Positions 49,375 to 58,294 of a DNA stretch of 64,000 nt are shown here, piece after piece; the stretch's first letter is position 1, and each line of letters starts with the position of its first letter. Made by a program: the position numbers and the translations under genes. The DNA comes from Chthoniobacteraceae bacterium. GTDB lineage: Bacteria > Verrucomicrobiota > Verrucomicrobiia > Chthoniobacterales > Chthoniobacteraceae. Location: contig JBBCKI010000049.1 of NCBI GenBank assembly GCA_037190965.1, positions 15,908 through 79,907 on the forward strand, in the 5' to 3' direction. Under the pieces are notes generated by a model. The model worked only from the letters and a program-made list of their open reading frames with translations. It made no database searches and was not told the origin of the DNA.

Positions 49375-49434
49375 CACGGTGAACAATTCAAAATCATTCT
49401 CCAATCGGCATTCATCGGCGATGATGGGCGGACG

Positions 49435-50922
49435 ATGAGCAGTCCCCTCTCCTCCCCTATGCGCGTCGGCATTCTCAGCATCAAGCACGAAAGCAACTCG
49501 TTCGTCCCGAGAGAGACAAAGTTGAGCGACTTCCGCAACGAATACTTCCTCGTCGGGGAAGCGATCCGCGACGAATTCGCCCACGCGCATCACGAGGTCT
49601 CGGGCTTCTTTCAAGGGCTGGAGGCCGAGGGGATCGGCGCCGTTCCACTTCTCTTCGCCTATGCGCAACCGGCCGGTGTCGTCTCCGGCGAAGCGCTCGC
49701 AGCACTATGGGAAAAAGCGTGCGAAACCTTGGCCGGAGCAGGCCACCTCGATGGCCTGCTCGTGGCCCCCCATGGGGCGGCGATCAGCGAGACGCACCCG
49801 GACATGGAAGGATGGTGGCTCGGCGAACTTCGCAATCGGGTCGGCCCCGACCTCCCGCTCGTCGCCACGCTCGACCCGCACGCCAACCTCTCGCCCGCGA
49901 AAGTCGCGGCGTGCGACGCTTTCGTGGTCTACCGGGAGAACCCGCACATCGACCAACGGCAGCGCGGACTGGAAGCGGCCCGGCTGATGGCCCGAATGCT
50001 GCGCGGGCAAGCGCGCCCCCGCATGGCGGCTGCCTACCCGGCGGTCGCCATCAACATCGAGCGCCAGTTGACGCGCGCGGAACCGATGCTCTCCGTGGGG
50101 CGGAAGCTCGACGAAATCCGCGCGCGGGAGAAGGTGCTGACCGCTGGGATCGTCATGGGATATCCGTACGCGGACGTGCCGGAGATGGGTTCCGCGTTCG
50201 TGGTCGTCACCGACGACGATTCCGCGCTGGCTCAGATCATCGCGGACGAACTCGCCGCCTGGCTGGTGGAGCACCGGGAATCGTTCCGGGGCGAGCTGAT
50301 CGCCCCGGAGGAAGCGCTCCGCCGCGCCGCCGCCCTTCCCAAGCCGGTCGGCCTTCTCGATATGGGCGACAATAGCGGCGGAGGCGCTCCGACCGATTCC
50401 ACTCTCCTTGCCCATCTCTGCCACCGGGACGGAAATCTCCGCGCCTTCGTTCCGCTCTACGACCCGGAAAACGTGGAAGCCGCCTGGGCCGCCGGATGCG
50501 GCGCGGCGATCCACCTGGCGATGGGCGGAAAACGGGAGGAATCGCCCGCCCCGCCGCTGGAAACCGATGTCCGCGTGCTCGGCCTGTATAACGGAAGCTA
50601 TACTGAGAGCGAACCACGCCATGGCGGCCGCACCCGGTTCGAGATGGGGCGCACCGTCGTGGTCCGGACGGAGACCGGCCTCACCCTCATGTTGACGAGC
50701 CGCCCGGCGGCGGCGTACAGCGCGGGGCTCCTGGCGCACTGCCAACTTGACCCGGCCGCGTTCGACGTCCTGATCCTGAAAGGAGTCCACGCCCCGGTGG
50801 CCGCGTTCGAAGGAATTTGCGGGGCGCTGATCCGGGTCAACACGCCGGGCGTCACCACCGCCGACATGGAGACACTTCCGTACCGAAACCGCCGCAAACC
50901 ACTCTTTCCTTTCGAATCGTAG
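49435..50922 (+). CDS. M81 family metallopeptidase (MlrC-like)
   Basis: HESNSF, PHGA, TLDPHAN, NPHID, DMGDN.GGG, RR.P.FP. Start 49435 or 49459. Confidence 0.9.
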   Translation: MSSPLSSPMRVGILSIKHESNSFVPRETKLSDFRNEYFLVGEAIRDEFAHAHHEVSGFFQGLEAEGIGAVPLLFAYAQPAGVVSGEALAALWEKACETLAGAGHLDGLLVAPHGAAISETHPDMEGWWLGELRNRVGPDLPLVATLDPHANLSPAKVAACDAFVVYRENPHIDQRQRGLEAARLMARMLRGQARPRMAAAYPAVAINIERQLTRAEPMLSVGRKLDEIRAREKVLTAGIVMGYPYADVPEMGSAFVVVTDDDSALAQIIADELAAWLVEHRESFRGELIAPEEALRRAAALPKPVGLLDMGDNSGGGAPTDSTLLAHLCHRDGNLRAFVPLYDPENVEAAWAAGCGAAIHLAMGGKREESPAPPLETDVRVLGLYNGSYTESEPRHGGRTRFEMGRTVVVRTETGLTLMLTSRPAAAYSAGLLAHCQLDPAAFDVLILKGVHAPVAAFEGICGALIRVNTPGVTTADMETLPYRNRRKPLFPFES

Positions 50923-50952
50923 GGTCTCTCAGTCTCCACCTGATTTCGTCTG

Positions 50953-51771
50953 ATGGTACCGCAAGCCGCACTCTTTGCCCCTGGTGACAGCGCGAGGAAA
51001 GTCGAAAAAGCCCTCCAAAGCGAGGCGGGAACGGTCATTCTCGACCTGGAAGACGGCGTCGCCGCCGCGAATAAGGCGCTTGCCCGCGAAACCGTCGCGG
51101 CGGCGCTCCGCCAGTCCGCCACGGAAAAGCGAATCCTCCTCCGGCTCAACGCGCCGGAGACGCCGTTCTTCGCGGACGACCTGGAATGGGCGCGCGGCGT
51201 CCCGGCCGACGGGATCGTTCTCCCCAAATGCGAACGGCCCGACGATGTCGAGGCCGTTGCGCGGGCGGTGCCGGAAAGGGAAATCGTCCCGTTGATCGAG
51301 ACCGCCCTCGGCGTCCTGAATTTCGAGGCGATCGCCGGATGCAACAGCCGCGTGCGGCAGGCGGCATTTGGTTCGGTCGACTTCGCGCTCGATCTGGGGG
51401 TGGAATGGACCGCGGAAGGCTTGGAACGCCAGTACGCGATGGGGGTGCTGGCGCTCGTCTCGCGGGCGTTGCGGCTGGAGCCGCCGATCGACGCCGTCTT
51501 TCCGCTCCTGGACGACTCCGCTGCTTTCGAGCGGGACGCCCGCGTCGGCCGGTCGCTGGGGTTTGGCTCCAAAATGGTCATCCACCCGCGCCAAGTGGAA
51601 TGGTTGCGCGGCGTCCATACCCCCTCACCCGCGCACGTGGCATGGTGCCGCCGCGCGGTGGCCGCCTACGAATCCGCCGGATGTCGCGGTTCGCTCCAGG
51701 TGGAGGGCCGGCTCGTCGATCTCCCCGTTTACAAACAAGCCCGGCAAATTTTGGCGTCTTGTTTAATCTAG
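50953..51771 (+). CDS. CoA ester lyase (CitE/HpcH family)
   Basis: LFAPG, ILDLEDGV...K..AR, LPKCE, IETA.G, FGSVDFALDLG, K..IHP.Q. Confidence 0.9.
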   Translation: MVPQAALFAPGDSARKVEKALQSEAGTVILDLEDGVAAANKALARETVAAALRQSATEKRILLRLNAPETPFFADDLEWARGVPADGIVLPKCERPDDVEAVARAVPEREIVPLIETALGVLNFEAIAGCNSRVRQAAFGSVDFALDLGVEWTAEGLERQYAMGVLALVSRALRLEPPIDAVFPLLDDSAAFERDARVGRSLGFGSKMVIHPRQVEWLRGVHTPSPAHVAWCRRAVAAYESAGCRGSLQVEGRLVDLPVYKQARQILASCLI

Positions 51772-51785
51772 CGAGTCGGCCGAGA

Positions 51786-52601
51786 TCATGCCTGGAAAAG
51801 AATCCGGTTTTCCTCGGCGGTCGTGGTGGCGCCGCCGAGCCATCGCATCGGAACGAACCGGCCTGGGATTGGGCGTTCGGGGTGGGCGATCTGATCCATC
51901 AGCAGCGTAATCAGTTGATGCCCGATCTCTTCGAACGGATGGCTGATCCGCGTGAGTTGCGGGCAATCGGAGCGGTCCAGGTTCAAGCCGGTGCCCCCGA
52001 TGATGCTGACCTCCTCAGGGCATTGGATCCCCCTGGCCTTCAGCTCCCGCAGACAGCCGAGCGCCAGGAAATCGCCTGGGGTGCAGATGGCATCGGGCTG
52101 GGATTTCGTCCGTTCGATGTAATCGGACAGCACCTGACGCCCGACTTCTTCGGAGATCCCCCCGTTGGTAAAGACGATTTCGTAACGCATGCCCGAATCC
52201 GCCCCGTATTCGAGCCCTGTGAGCAGGCCAGAGATGCGCAACCGGTTCGACGTGCTCTTGTGATACGCCCGGTCACAGATGAAAAGGACGTGCCTTCTTC
52301 CTGAGAGGCGCAATGCCTCCCCGAGTCTGCGGCCCGCGCCGAAGTAATCCGCGGAGGCGAAATTTTCCGTCGCGATTTCCGTCGGCGGGTTGAGGAAGAC
52401 CGTCGGCAGTCGATACTCCTTGGCCCAGGCAATCAGCTTGTCCCGGGTTTTGTTGGGGAAGACCAGCACGGCATCCTGGATCTGGGGGGAATCGAAATGC
52501 GGAGCGGCCAAGGCGTCCTCCATGCACTGGATTGTCAGGCGCCGTTTGACATTGAGAGCCGCCACCGTCAGCCCTCCGACAAGATGCCGTGTCCAGGCCA
52601 T
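51786..52601 (-). pseudogene. LacI-type sensor domain of a regulator, N-terminal HTH missing
   Basis: DYFGAG, R..G, PDAIC..GDFLALG...GIQCPEEVSIIG, PQLT.I.HP...IG. No HTH, and no room for one before the opposite-strand gene. Confidence 0.7.
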
Positions 52602-52664
52602 GCTGTCCTCCAGCTCAATCCCGATGTGGAGTTGGAGCCGGCGGAAGGTCTCCGTCTTGAAAAT

Positions 52665-54812
52665 ATGAACCCGGAGGTCACTACGATCATGATGATCGCC
52701 GGGGGGATCGCGCCCGACGTTTTGATGATGAAGTTTCGGAGCATCGACAGCTTTGTAAGCAAAGGGATGGTCGCCCCCCTCGACAAGGAGGTCGCGGCCG
52801 CGGAGAAAGCCGGAACCGATTTCGGCCGCCGAATTCCGGCCTCGGTCCGGGACGTGGTTTATCGCCCGGGCCCGGATCAGACGCAGCGACTCTATGGGTT
52901 ACCGCTCCCCCCTTTCGTGGCGGGGCTCTTTTACAACCGTGAAATCTTCCGTGACGCGGGTCTTCCCGATCGCGCTCCCGGAAATTGGGACGAGATGCTC
53001 CAGTTCGCGCGGAAAATCCGCCAGACCGGACCACAGTACAAACCGATCACCTTCAACGCGGGCCCAAGCGCGGCGTGGGACCTGATGAACTTCATCTGGT
53101 CCGCCGGGGGCGATGCCCTCAAGGAGACTGCCCCCGGCCAATGGCGGGCGGCGTTCAACACGCCGGAGGTGGTGACAGCCGTCGAGTTTTATTACCAGTT
53201 GGTGGAGATCGAGCGGCTTGCCGTGCGAATCAATGGAACTCCCACGACCCAGGAGAGAGCAGAGACCGGCATGTTTTTCGACAGCGTTGGCGACACCGTG
53301 CGGTTCGACCCGGAACGGTTTGCATTCGGAGCCGTTCCCAAGGGGCCGACTGGATTCAGAGGCTCCCAGATCAACGCATGGATTCTCGGCATCTGTTCCG
53401 GCATCCGCGACCCCCGGGTCCGCGATGCCGCGTGGCGGTATGTCTCTTTCATGACGGGACCGGAGGCCGAGCAAGTCCGCGTGGCGACGATGGTGGAACT
53501 CGGCCAGGCCGCCCAGGTCAACCCCCTCACCTTGCGCCAGCACGGCCACGAAGCGTTCTTGAGTCTCACCCCACCTAGGCTGGAGCAGGAGTTCGAGGAA
53601 GCCCTGCGGAATGCCAAGCCGGAGCCTTACGGGAAGAACTGCAACCAGATCTATCTGGAAATGACGCTCCCGTTGGACCGGATTCTCCTGAGCAACGAAA
53701 TCCGCAAGGCATGGCTGGCAGGGAACCGCGAGGAGGTCCGGGCGCGGATCCAGGCAATCCTGGATGCTGCCGTCAAGCGCACCAACGAGCGAATGATCGG
53801 CTATGTTGCTCCCGAGACGATGCAATCGCGCCGCACGGTGGCGGCGGCAGTCATCCTCGGTATCTGCGGTGCGTTCGGGGCCGTCGGGTGGAATGTCTCG
53901 CGGCTTTTTGCACGCAGCGGCGCGATGATGCCGCGCCCGGTGGCGGGCCGCGGCTTGCTCCCGTGGCTCTGTCTGTTTCCCGCCCTGGGGCTGATCCTGG
54001 TTTGGAATTACATCCCTCTCCTTCGCGGAACGGTGATGGCGTTTCAGGATTATGAACTGATCCTCGATTCCTCGTTCGTCGGGCTCGACAACTTTGCCCA
54101 CGTCCTTTTCGATCCGACGTTCTGGAGCTCCATCCTGGCGACTTTTCACTTCGCCGCCTATACGCTCACCTTCGGTTTCGTTACCCCCATTCTTTTGGCC
54201 TACGCGCTGCACCTGATCCCGAAGTACAAGATCCTCTATCGCACGGTCTACTACCTTCCGGCGGTCATGAGCGCCGGGGCGATCTTCTTTCTGTGGCGCG
54301 AACTTTTTGGGATGGACGGGCCGCTGAACGAGGCGCTGCGCCTCCTTGGGTTTGAAGCGCGCCGGGCGTGGACGGACGAACCCCGGCTGGCCATGCTTTC
54401 CTGCGCGATCCCCGGCATCTGGGCGGGGGCAGGACCGGGCTGCCTGATCTATCTCGCCGCGCTCAAAACGATTCCCGAAGAGCAGTTCGAAGCGGCGGAG
54501 ATCGACGGCGCAGGGTTCTGGCACAAGACCGGCAAGATCGTCTTTCCAAGCCTGCGGGCCTTGATCTTCATCAATTTTGTCGGCGCCGTTTCGGCTGCCT
54601 TCCACGGGGCAACGAACATCCTTATCATGACCGGAGGCGGTCCCGAGGGGATGACGGAGGTGGCTTCGTTGAAGATCTTCTACGAAGCGTTCACGCGCCT
54701 GCGTTTCGGCCCGGCAACGGCAATGGCGTGGGTGCTCGGGAGCATGCTCGTCGGGTTTACGGTGGTGCAACTCAGGCGCATCAGCCAAATGGAATTCAAA
54801 ACGGCAAAATAG
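52665..54812 (+). CDS. Fused extracellular solute-binding protein plus carbohydrate ABC permease (MalF-like), apparently 5'-truncated
   Basis: IAGGIAPDV, LFYNREIF..AGL, then FVGLDNF, YRTVYYLPAV, EAA loop EAAEIDGAG. No signal peptide; SBP-like sequence already starts at about 52608 (LQLNPDVEL). Confidence 0.85.
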   Translation: MNPEVTTIMMIAGGIAPDVLMMKFRSIDSFVSKGMVAPLDKEVAAAEKAGTDFGRRIPASVRDVVYRPGPDQTQRLYGLPLPPFVAGLFYNREIFRDAGLPDRAPGNWDEMLQFARKIRQTGPQYKPITFNAGPSAAWDLMNFIWSAGGDALKETAPGQWRAAFNTPEVVTAVEFYYQLVEIERLAVRINGTPTTQERAETGMFFDSVGDTVRFDPERFAFGAVPKGPTGFRGSQINAWILGICSGIRDPRVRDAAWRYVSFMTGPEAEQVRVATMVELGQAAQVNPLTLRQHGHEAFLSLTPPRLEQEFEEALRNAKPEPYGKNCNQIYLEMTLPLDRILLSNEIRKAWLAGNREEVRARIQAILDAAVKRTNERMIGYVAPETMQSRRTVAAAVILGICGAFGAVGWNVSRLFARSGAMMPRPVAGRGLLPWLCLFPALGLILVWNYIPLLRGTVMAFQDYELILDSSFVGLDNFAHVLFDPTFWSSILATFHFAAYTLTFGFVTPILLAYALHLIPKYKILYRTVYYLPAVMSAGAIFFLWRELFGMDGPLNEALRLLGFEARRAWTDEPRLAMLSCAIPGIWAGAGPGCLIYLAALKTIPEEQFEAAEIDGAGFWHKTGKIVFPSLRALIFINFVGAVSAAFHGATNILIMTGGGPEGMTEVASLKIFYEAFTRLRFGPATAMAWVLGSMLVGFTVVQLRRISQMEFKTAK

Positions 54813-54814
54813 CG

Positions 54815-56500
54815 ATGTTTTCACCCACTGCTCATCGTTCGCTCCAAGTCCGGCTGCTTTACCTGAGCATCTACGCGCTTCTCCTGCTGGGGGGCATCAC
54901 GATGGTGGCCCCGTTTCTCATCATGGCTTCCGGCTCGGTCGATTCGCGCTCTGGTGCAGCCTTTTTTCCCTCGTGGCTTTTCGACCGGCAGGAATGCTGG
55001 AGCCGTTATCTCGAAGCGAGATATGGGAACTCGCCCGAACTCCTGCGCATGGCGTGGGGCGATCCCGGCGCGCGGTTCGGCGACACATCCCTGCCCGAAG
55101 CGCGGGAAGACGGCCCTTGCGAACTCTGGAAAACATTCCTGCGCGAGACCGGGCCGCACTCTTCCCGGTTCGAAGCGCTGGCTTTCTCCCGCGCCGATGC
55201 AAGGCTACCCTCTTACGGAAACCGCGCCTTCCGGATCTGGCTTCTCAACCAGTACGGGAACGATCTCTCCCGGCTCAACTCGGCCCTTGAAACCGAGTTT
55301 ACCAAGCCGACCGCCATTGCGCCGCCCAACCTCAAAATCGTCGGCCCCGCCGGCGGGTCCGGCAAACTGGCCGCGAAGTACGGCGAATTTTGCGAAACCC
55401 AACCGCCGGAGCGCCTGATCCCCTGGAATGCGGGCGGTTACTATCGAGCCGTCTTCCTTCCACGGCGGTTTGGGGAAGCCGTGGCAAATTACAATACCCG
55501 GCATGGCACCGCTTATCGGTCCTACCGGGAAGTTCCCTTTCCGGCGACAGTGCCCGCGAACGGAGAGCAAGAATGGTTCTTCTTTGTCAGCAGAGTGCTG
55601 CGGCCCGATTTCGTCGAACTCACCGAAGCGGGAAAAGCCGCCCGGAGCACCCTCGGAATCGGCAAAGAGGAATTCGTACGAACCCGCGCCCGGTCGGAAC
55701 ACCTGCGCGTCGTCACTCTCGACGTTCTATTCGCTGCGTGGGCCGGAGAGCGGGGAGAGGGCAGCGCAGCAATTCCGCAGCAGCAACTCGACCGCCTCGC
55801 CTTCGAGAAAGAGGCCGGCTTTTGGAAGAGGCAGCTCCTTACCCAGAATTACCGTTATGTGCTCGATGAGATCCTGCTGCACGGGCGCTCCATCACAAAC
55901 ACCTTCATCCTGGTGATCCTCTCCGTGACCGGGGCCCTGGTCGTCAACCCGCTGGCGGCCTACGCGCTCTCGCGCTTCAAGCTGCGGCAGACCTATTTCA
56001 TCCTTCTCTTCTGTCTGGCGACGCTCTCATTCCCGGCCGAAGTGACCATGATCCCGGTCTTTCTTCAAATGAAGGAGTTTCACCTCCTCAACACCTTTGG
56101 AGCTTTGGTCCTTCCCGGGCTGGCAAACGGCTTCTCCATTTTCCTGCTCAAAGGATTTTTCGACAGCCTTCCCAAGGAGCTCTACGAAGCCGCGGAGCTA
56201 GACGGCGCGAGTGAGTGGACGATATTTTGGGGGATCACGATGACGCTCTCCCGGCCCATCCTGGCCGTGATTGGACTGGGCGCCTTCACCGCTGCTTACG
56301 GAGCGTTCTTTTACGCCCTCATCCTCGCACCTGACCCGAAGATGTGGACGATCATGGTCGACCTCTACCAGCTTAGAAATCTCGTCGATCCGCCGGTCGT
56401 CTATGCATCGTTGATTCTGACCTCCATCCCGACGCTTTTGGTGTTCATCTTTTGCCAAAACCTGATCCTCCGCGGCATCGTTGTTCCATCGGAGAAATAG
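54815..56500 (+). CDS. Carbohydrate ABC permease (MalG-like) with large periplasmic insertion
   Basis: N-terminal TM ..APFLIM.SGS; AAYALSR; KGFFDSLPKELYEAAELDGA; QNLILRGIVVP. Confidence 0.9.
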   Translation: MFSPTAHRSLQVRLLYLSIYALLLLGGITMVAPFLIMASGSVDSRSGAAFFPSWLFDRQECWSRYLEARYGNSPELLRMAWGDPGARFGDTSLPEAREDGPCELWKTFLRETGPHSSRFEALAFSRADARLPSYGNRAFRIWLLNQYGNDLSRLNSALETEFTKPTAIAPPNLKIVGPAGGSGKLAAKYGEFCETQPPERLIPWNAGGYYRAVFLPRRFGEAVANYNTRHGTAYRSYREVPFPATVPANGEQEWFFFVSRVLRPDFVELTEAGKAARSTLGIGKEEFVRTRARSEHLRVVTLDVLFAAWAGERGEGSAAIPQQQLDRLAFEKEAGFWKRQLLTQNYRYVLDEILLHGRSITNTFILVILSVTGALVVNPLAAYALSRFKLRQTYFILLFCLATLSFPAEVTMIPVFLQMKEFHLLNTFGALVLPGLANGFSIFLLKGFFDSLPKELYEAAELDGASEWTIFWGITMTLSRPILAVIGLGAFTAAYGAFFYALILAPDPKMWTIMVDLYQLRNLVDPPVVYASLILTSIPTLLVFIFCQNLILRGIVVPSEK

Positions 56501-56570
56501 GCGTCCCGATGAGATGGCACCGCCCTCGACCTGATGGTCGTCAGGAGGCACCTTGCCGGCCAGAATTGCT

Positions 56571-56752
56571 CTAGGTTGTGTCTACATCTAGGTTGTGTCT
56601 ACGAATTGAGAGATGGCTAAAAGAGCGATTTTTGAATCAAAAACGAGACGATCGAAGGAGACCGAATCGAGATTCGGACCCCTGACCGCCGCGTTTTTTG
56701 GCCAAAAAGCGCCTTTTAGCCGCTCCTCGGAAAATTCGTAGACACAACCTAG
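56571..56752. mobile_element. Non-autonomous palindromic MITE-like element (165 bp) plus adjacent extra terminal-repeat copy
   Basis: Perfect 20-bp IR CTAGGTTGTGTCTACGAATT (56588-56607) / AATTCGTAGACACAACCTAG (56733-56752); inner imperfect IRs; extra CTAGGTTGTGTCTAC at 56571-56585. Confidence 0.75.
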
Positions 56753-56892
56753 TTCCTCGCGCGCTCTCTCTTCACCGCTTTACCAAGCTCATGCATTAGC
56801 TCAAAAGCCGGGTAACATTCATTCATGAGGGTGTCGCAAAGCCCTTTGCCGAAAGATCCGGCGACATCGGTTGCAGGCGGTACGCCCCTCAC

Positions 56893-57777
56893 TTACCGAG
56901 GGCGTGCAGCCAAATATTCCTCGAGAAACCCAAGTACCGCGGGACGGAGATCGGCCTGCCTCGGTTGCAAATCGAAACTGTGAGGACCTTCTGGCACTTC
57001 CACATAGCGGTGGGTGATCCCCAAGGCAGCCAGTTCGGCAACCAGTTCACGTCCCATCGCCACGGGTACGATATCATCGGCCGTGCCGTGGGCAACGAGC
57101 GTGGGCGGCATTCCTTTGTGAAAATAATTCCGCGGCGTCGCCTCCGCCAGAATCGTACGCGATTCCACTTCATTGGGCCGTTCGAAAAAGTCGGCCAAAA
57201 ACGGCTGCGGAAGATAATGGGGCCCGTAAAAGTTGATGAGGCAAGCAACATTGTTTGCCTCGGAAATATAAAGGCCGCCGCGATTCCACCGTTCCTCTTG
57301 AGCGGTGGCCGAAAGCATCATCGCCAGATGCCCCCCTGCGGAACAGCCCATGACGCCAATCCGTTCCCGATCGATACCAAAACGGTTGGCCTCCCGACGC
57401 AAATACCGAAGCGCTGATTTGCAGTCGAAAAGATTGCCGGGCCATGCAAGCGTTTCGAACCGGCCCTTACCTCCACCCGGGCCGGTTCCTCGGTTCAACG
57501 CGTAGTTGATTGAAAAAACGGCATACCCTTGCATCGCAAGCGTATTGCCAATGTTCTGTTCTCGAGCTCCCCGTTTGTCACCACCGTACCAGCCACCCCC
57601 GTGAATCAGCAACACCGCGGGCCTGGGTTTTCCAAAGGCATCGGAAGGGAGATAGGCATCCATTGTTTCTTTTCGCCCGGCCCCGAGATATGGATCGTCG
57701 GCCAGAAAGACAGGCTGAAAACGGGGATCAACACGCTCCCTCAGCAGCACTTCGCCACGCGAAAATGGATCAAGCAT
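56893..57777 (-). CDS. Alpha/beta hydrolase (HSL/BD-FAE-like carboxylesterase)
   Basis: IHGGGW, GCSAGGHL, HGTADDIVP, GPHSF. Start 57777 or 57867. Confidence 0.9.
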   Translation of the reverse strand: MLDPFSRGEVLLRERVDPRFQPVFLADDPYLGAGRKETMDAYLPSDAFGKPRPAVLLIHGGGWYGGDKRGAREQNIGNTLAMQGYAVFSINYALNRGTGPGGGKGRFETLAWPGNLFDCKSALRYLRREANRFGIDRERIGVMGCSAGGHLAMMLSATAQEERWNRGGLYISEANNVACLINFYGPHYLPQPFLADFFERPNEVESRTILAEATPRNYFHKGMPPTLVAHGTADDIVPVAMGRELVAELAALGITHRYVEVPEGPHSFDLQPRQADLRPAVLGFLEEYLAARPR

Positions 57778-58150
57778 GGTTCCATCCTGCCGAAAACCGA
57801 TACGGTCAAGCAAGCCATCGCATTTCAAAAAAGGGCCTCTCAAAAATGGTGCGGGCTTTAAGGCCATCCATCGACGAAAGGGATATCAAAACGTCCGGCG
57901 GAACGGATGAATTGAGCTGGAGTGATAGTCCCTCGATACGACTTGTGCAGTAGCGAAGGATTTTATTCGTCTCGCCGATGCGAGAAAAGAGCGCCGGGCA
58001 CCGTGAAGAATGTGGCTCCCTGAGAGACAGGGTTGTGCATGCACCACTCCATGCGTAAGTCCTAGACCTTCCAAGCACTTACAGAATATGAAAACCTCAA
58101 CTTTGCCTCATTTCCCCCGCAAGCCCTTAAGAACGAGCATTTTAGAGCAA

Positions 58151-58196
58151 TGTCCCCGGCGGGAATCGAACCCACATCTAAGGTTTAGGAAGCCTT
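58151..58196 (-). tRNA. 3' half of tRNA-Arg(CCT): att-site duplication, not an intact gene
   Basis: Minus strand AAGGC-TTCCTAA-ACCTT-AGAT-GTGGG-TTCGATT-CCCGC-CGGGGAC-A gives anticodon loop, T-arm and 3' acceptor strand. No D-arm upstream. Confidence 0.8.
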
Positions 58197-58231
58197 AATT
58201 CTTCTTGTGTTTATCAGGGCTCCAGGACGCT

Positions 58232-58292
58232 CCGACGGATTACCGACGGATTTTCTTGTGTTCCACAGGAATTTATGGGGCACTATGGGGCA
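58232..58292 (+). repeat. Paired direct repeats between att and integrase (candidate arm-type/Xis sites)
   Basis: CCGACGGATT at 58232 and 58243; TATGGGGCA at 58274 and 58284. Confidence 0.6.
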
Positions 58293-58294
58293 GA

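Noticed and set aside
52899..54824. 641-aa minus-strand ORF
   Set aside because: Antisense shadow of the GC-rich ABC fusion gene with no recognisable motifs.
56570..56607. Possible CRISPR mini-array from the repeated CTAGGTTGTGTCTAC
   Set aside because: Only two direct copies 17 nt apart with no spacer, a third copy is inverted, and there are no cas genes. A MITE fits better.
58151..58228. Intact tRNA-Arg gene
   Set aside because: No D-arm, wrong spacing to a weak GTCCTGG 5' strand, and a mismatch in the anticodon stem. Treated as an att fragment.
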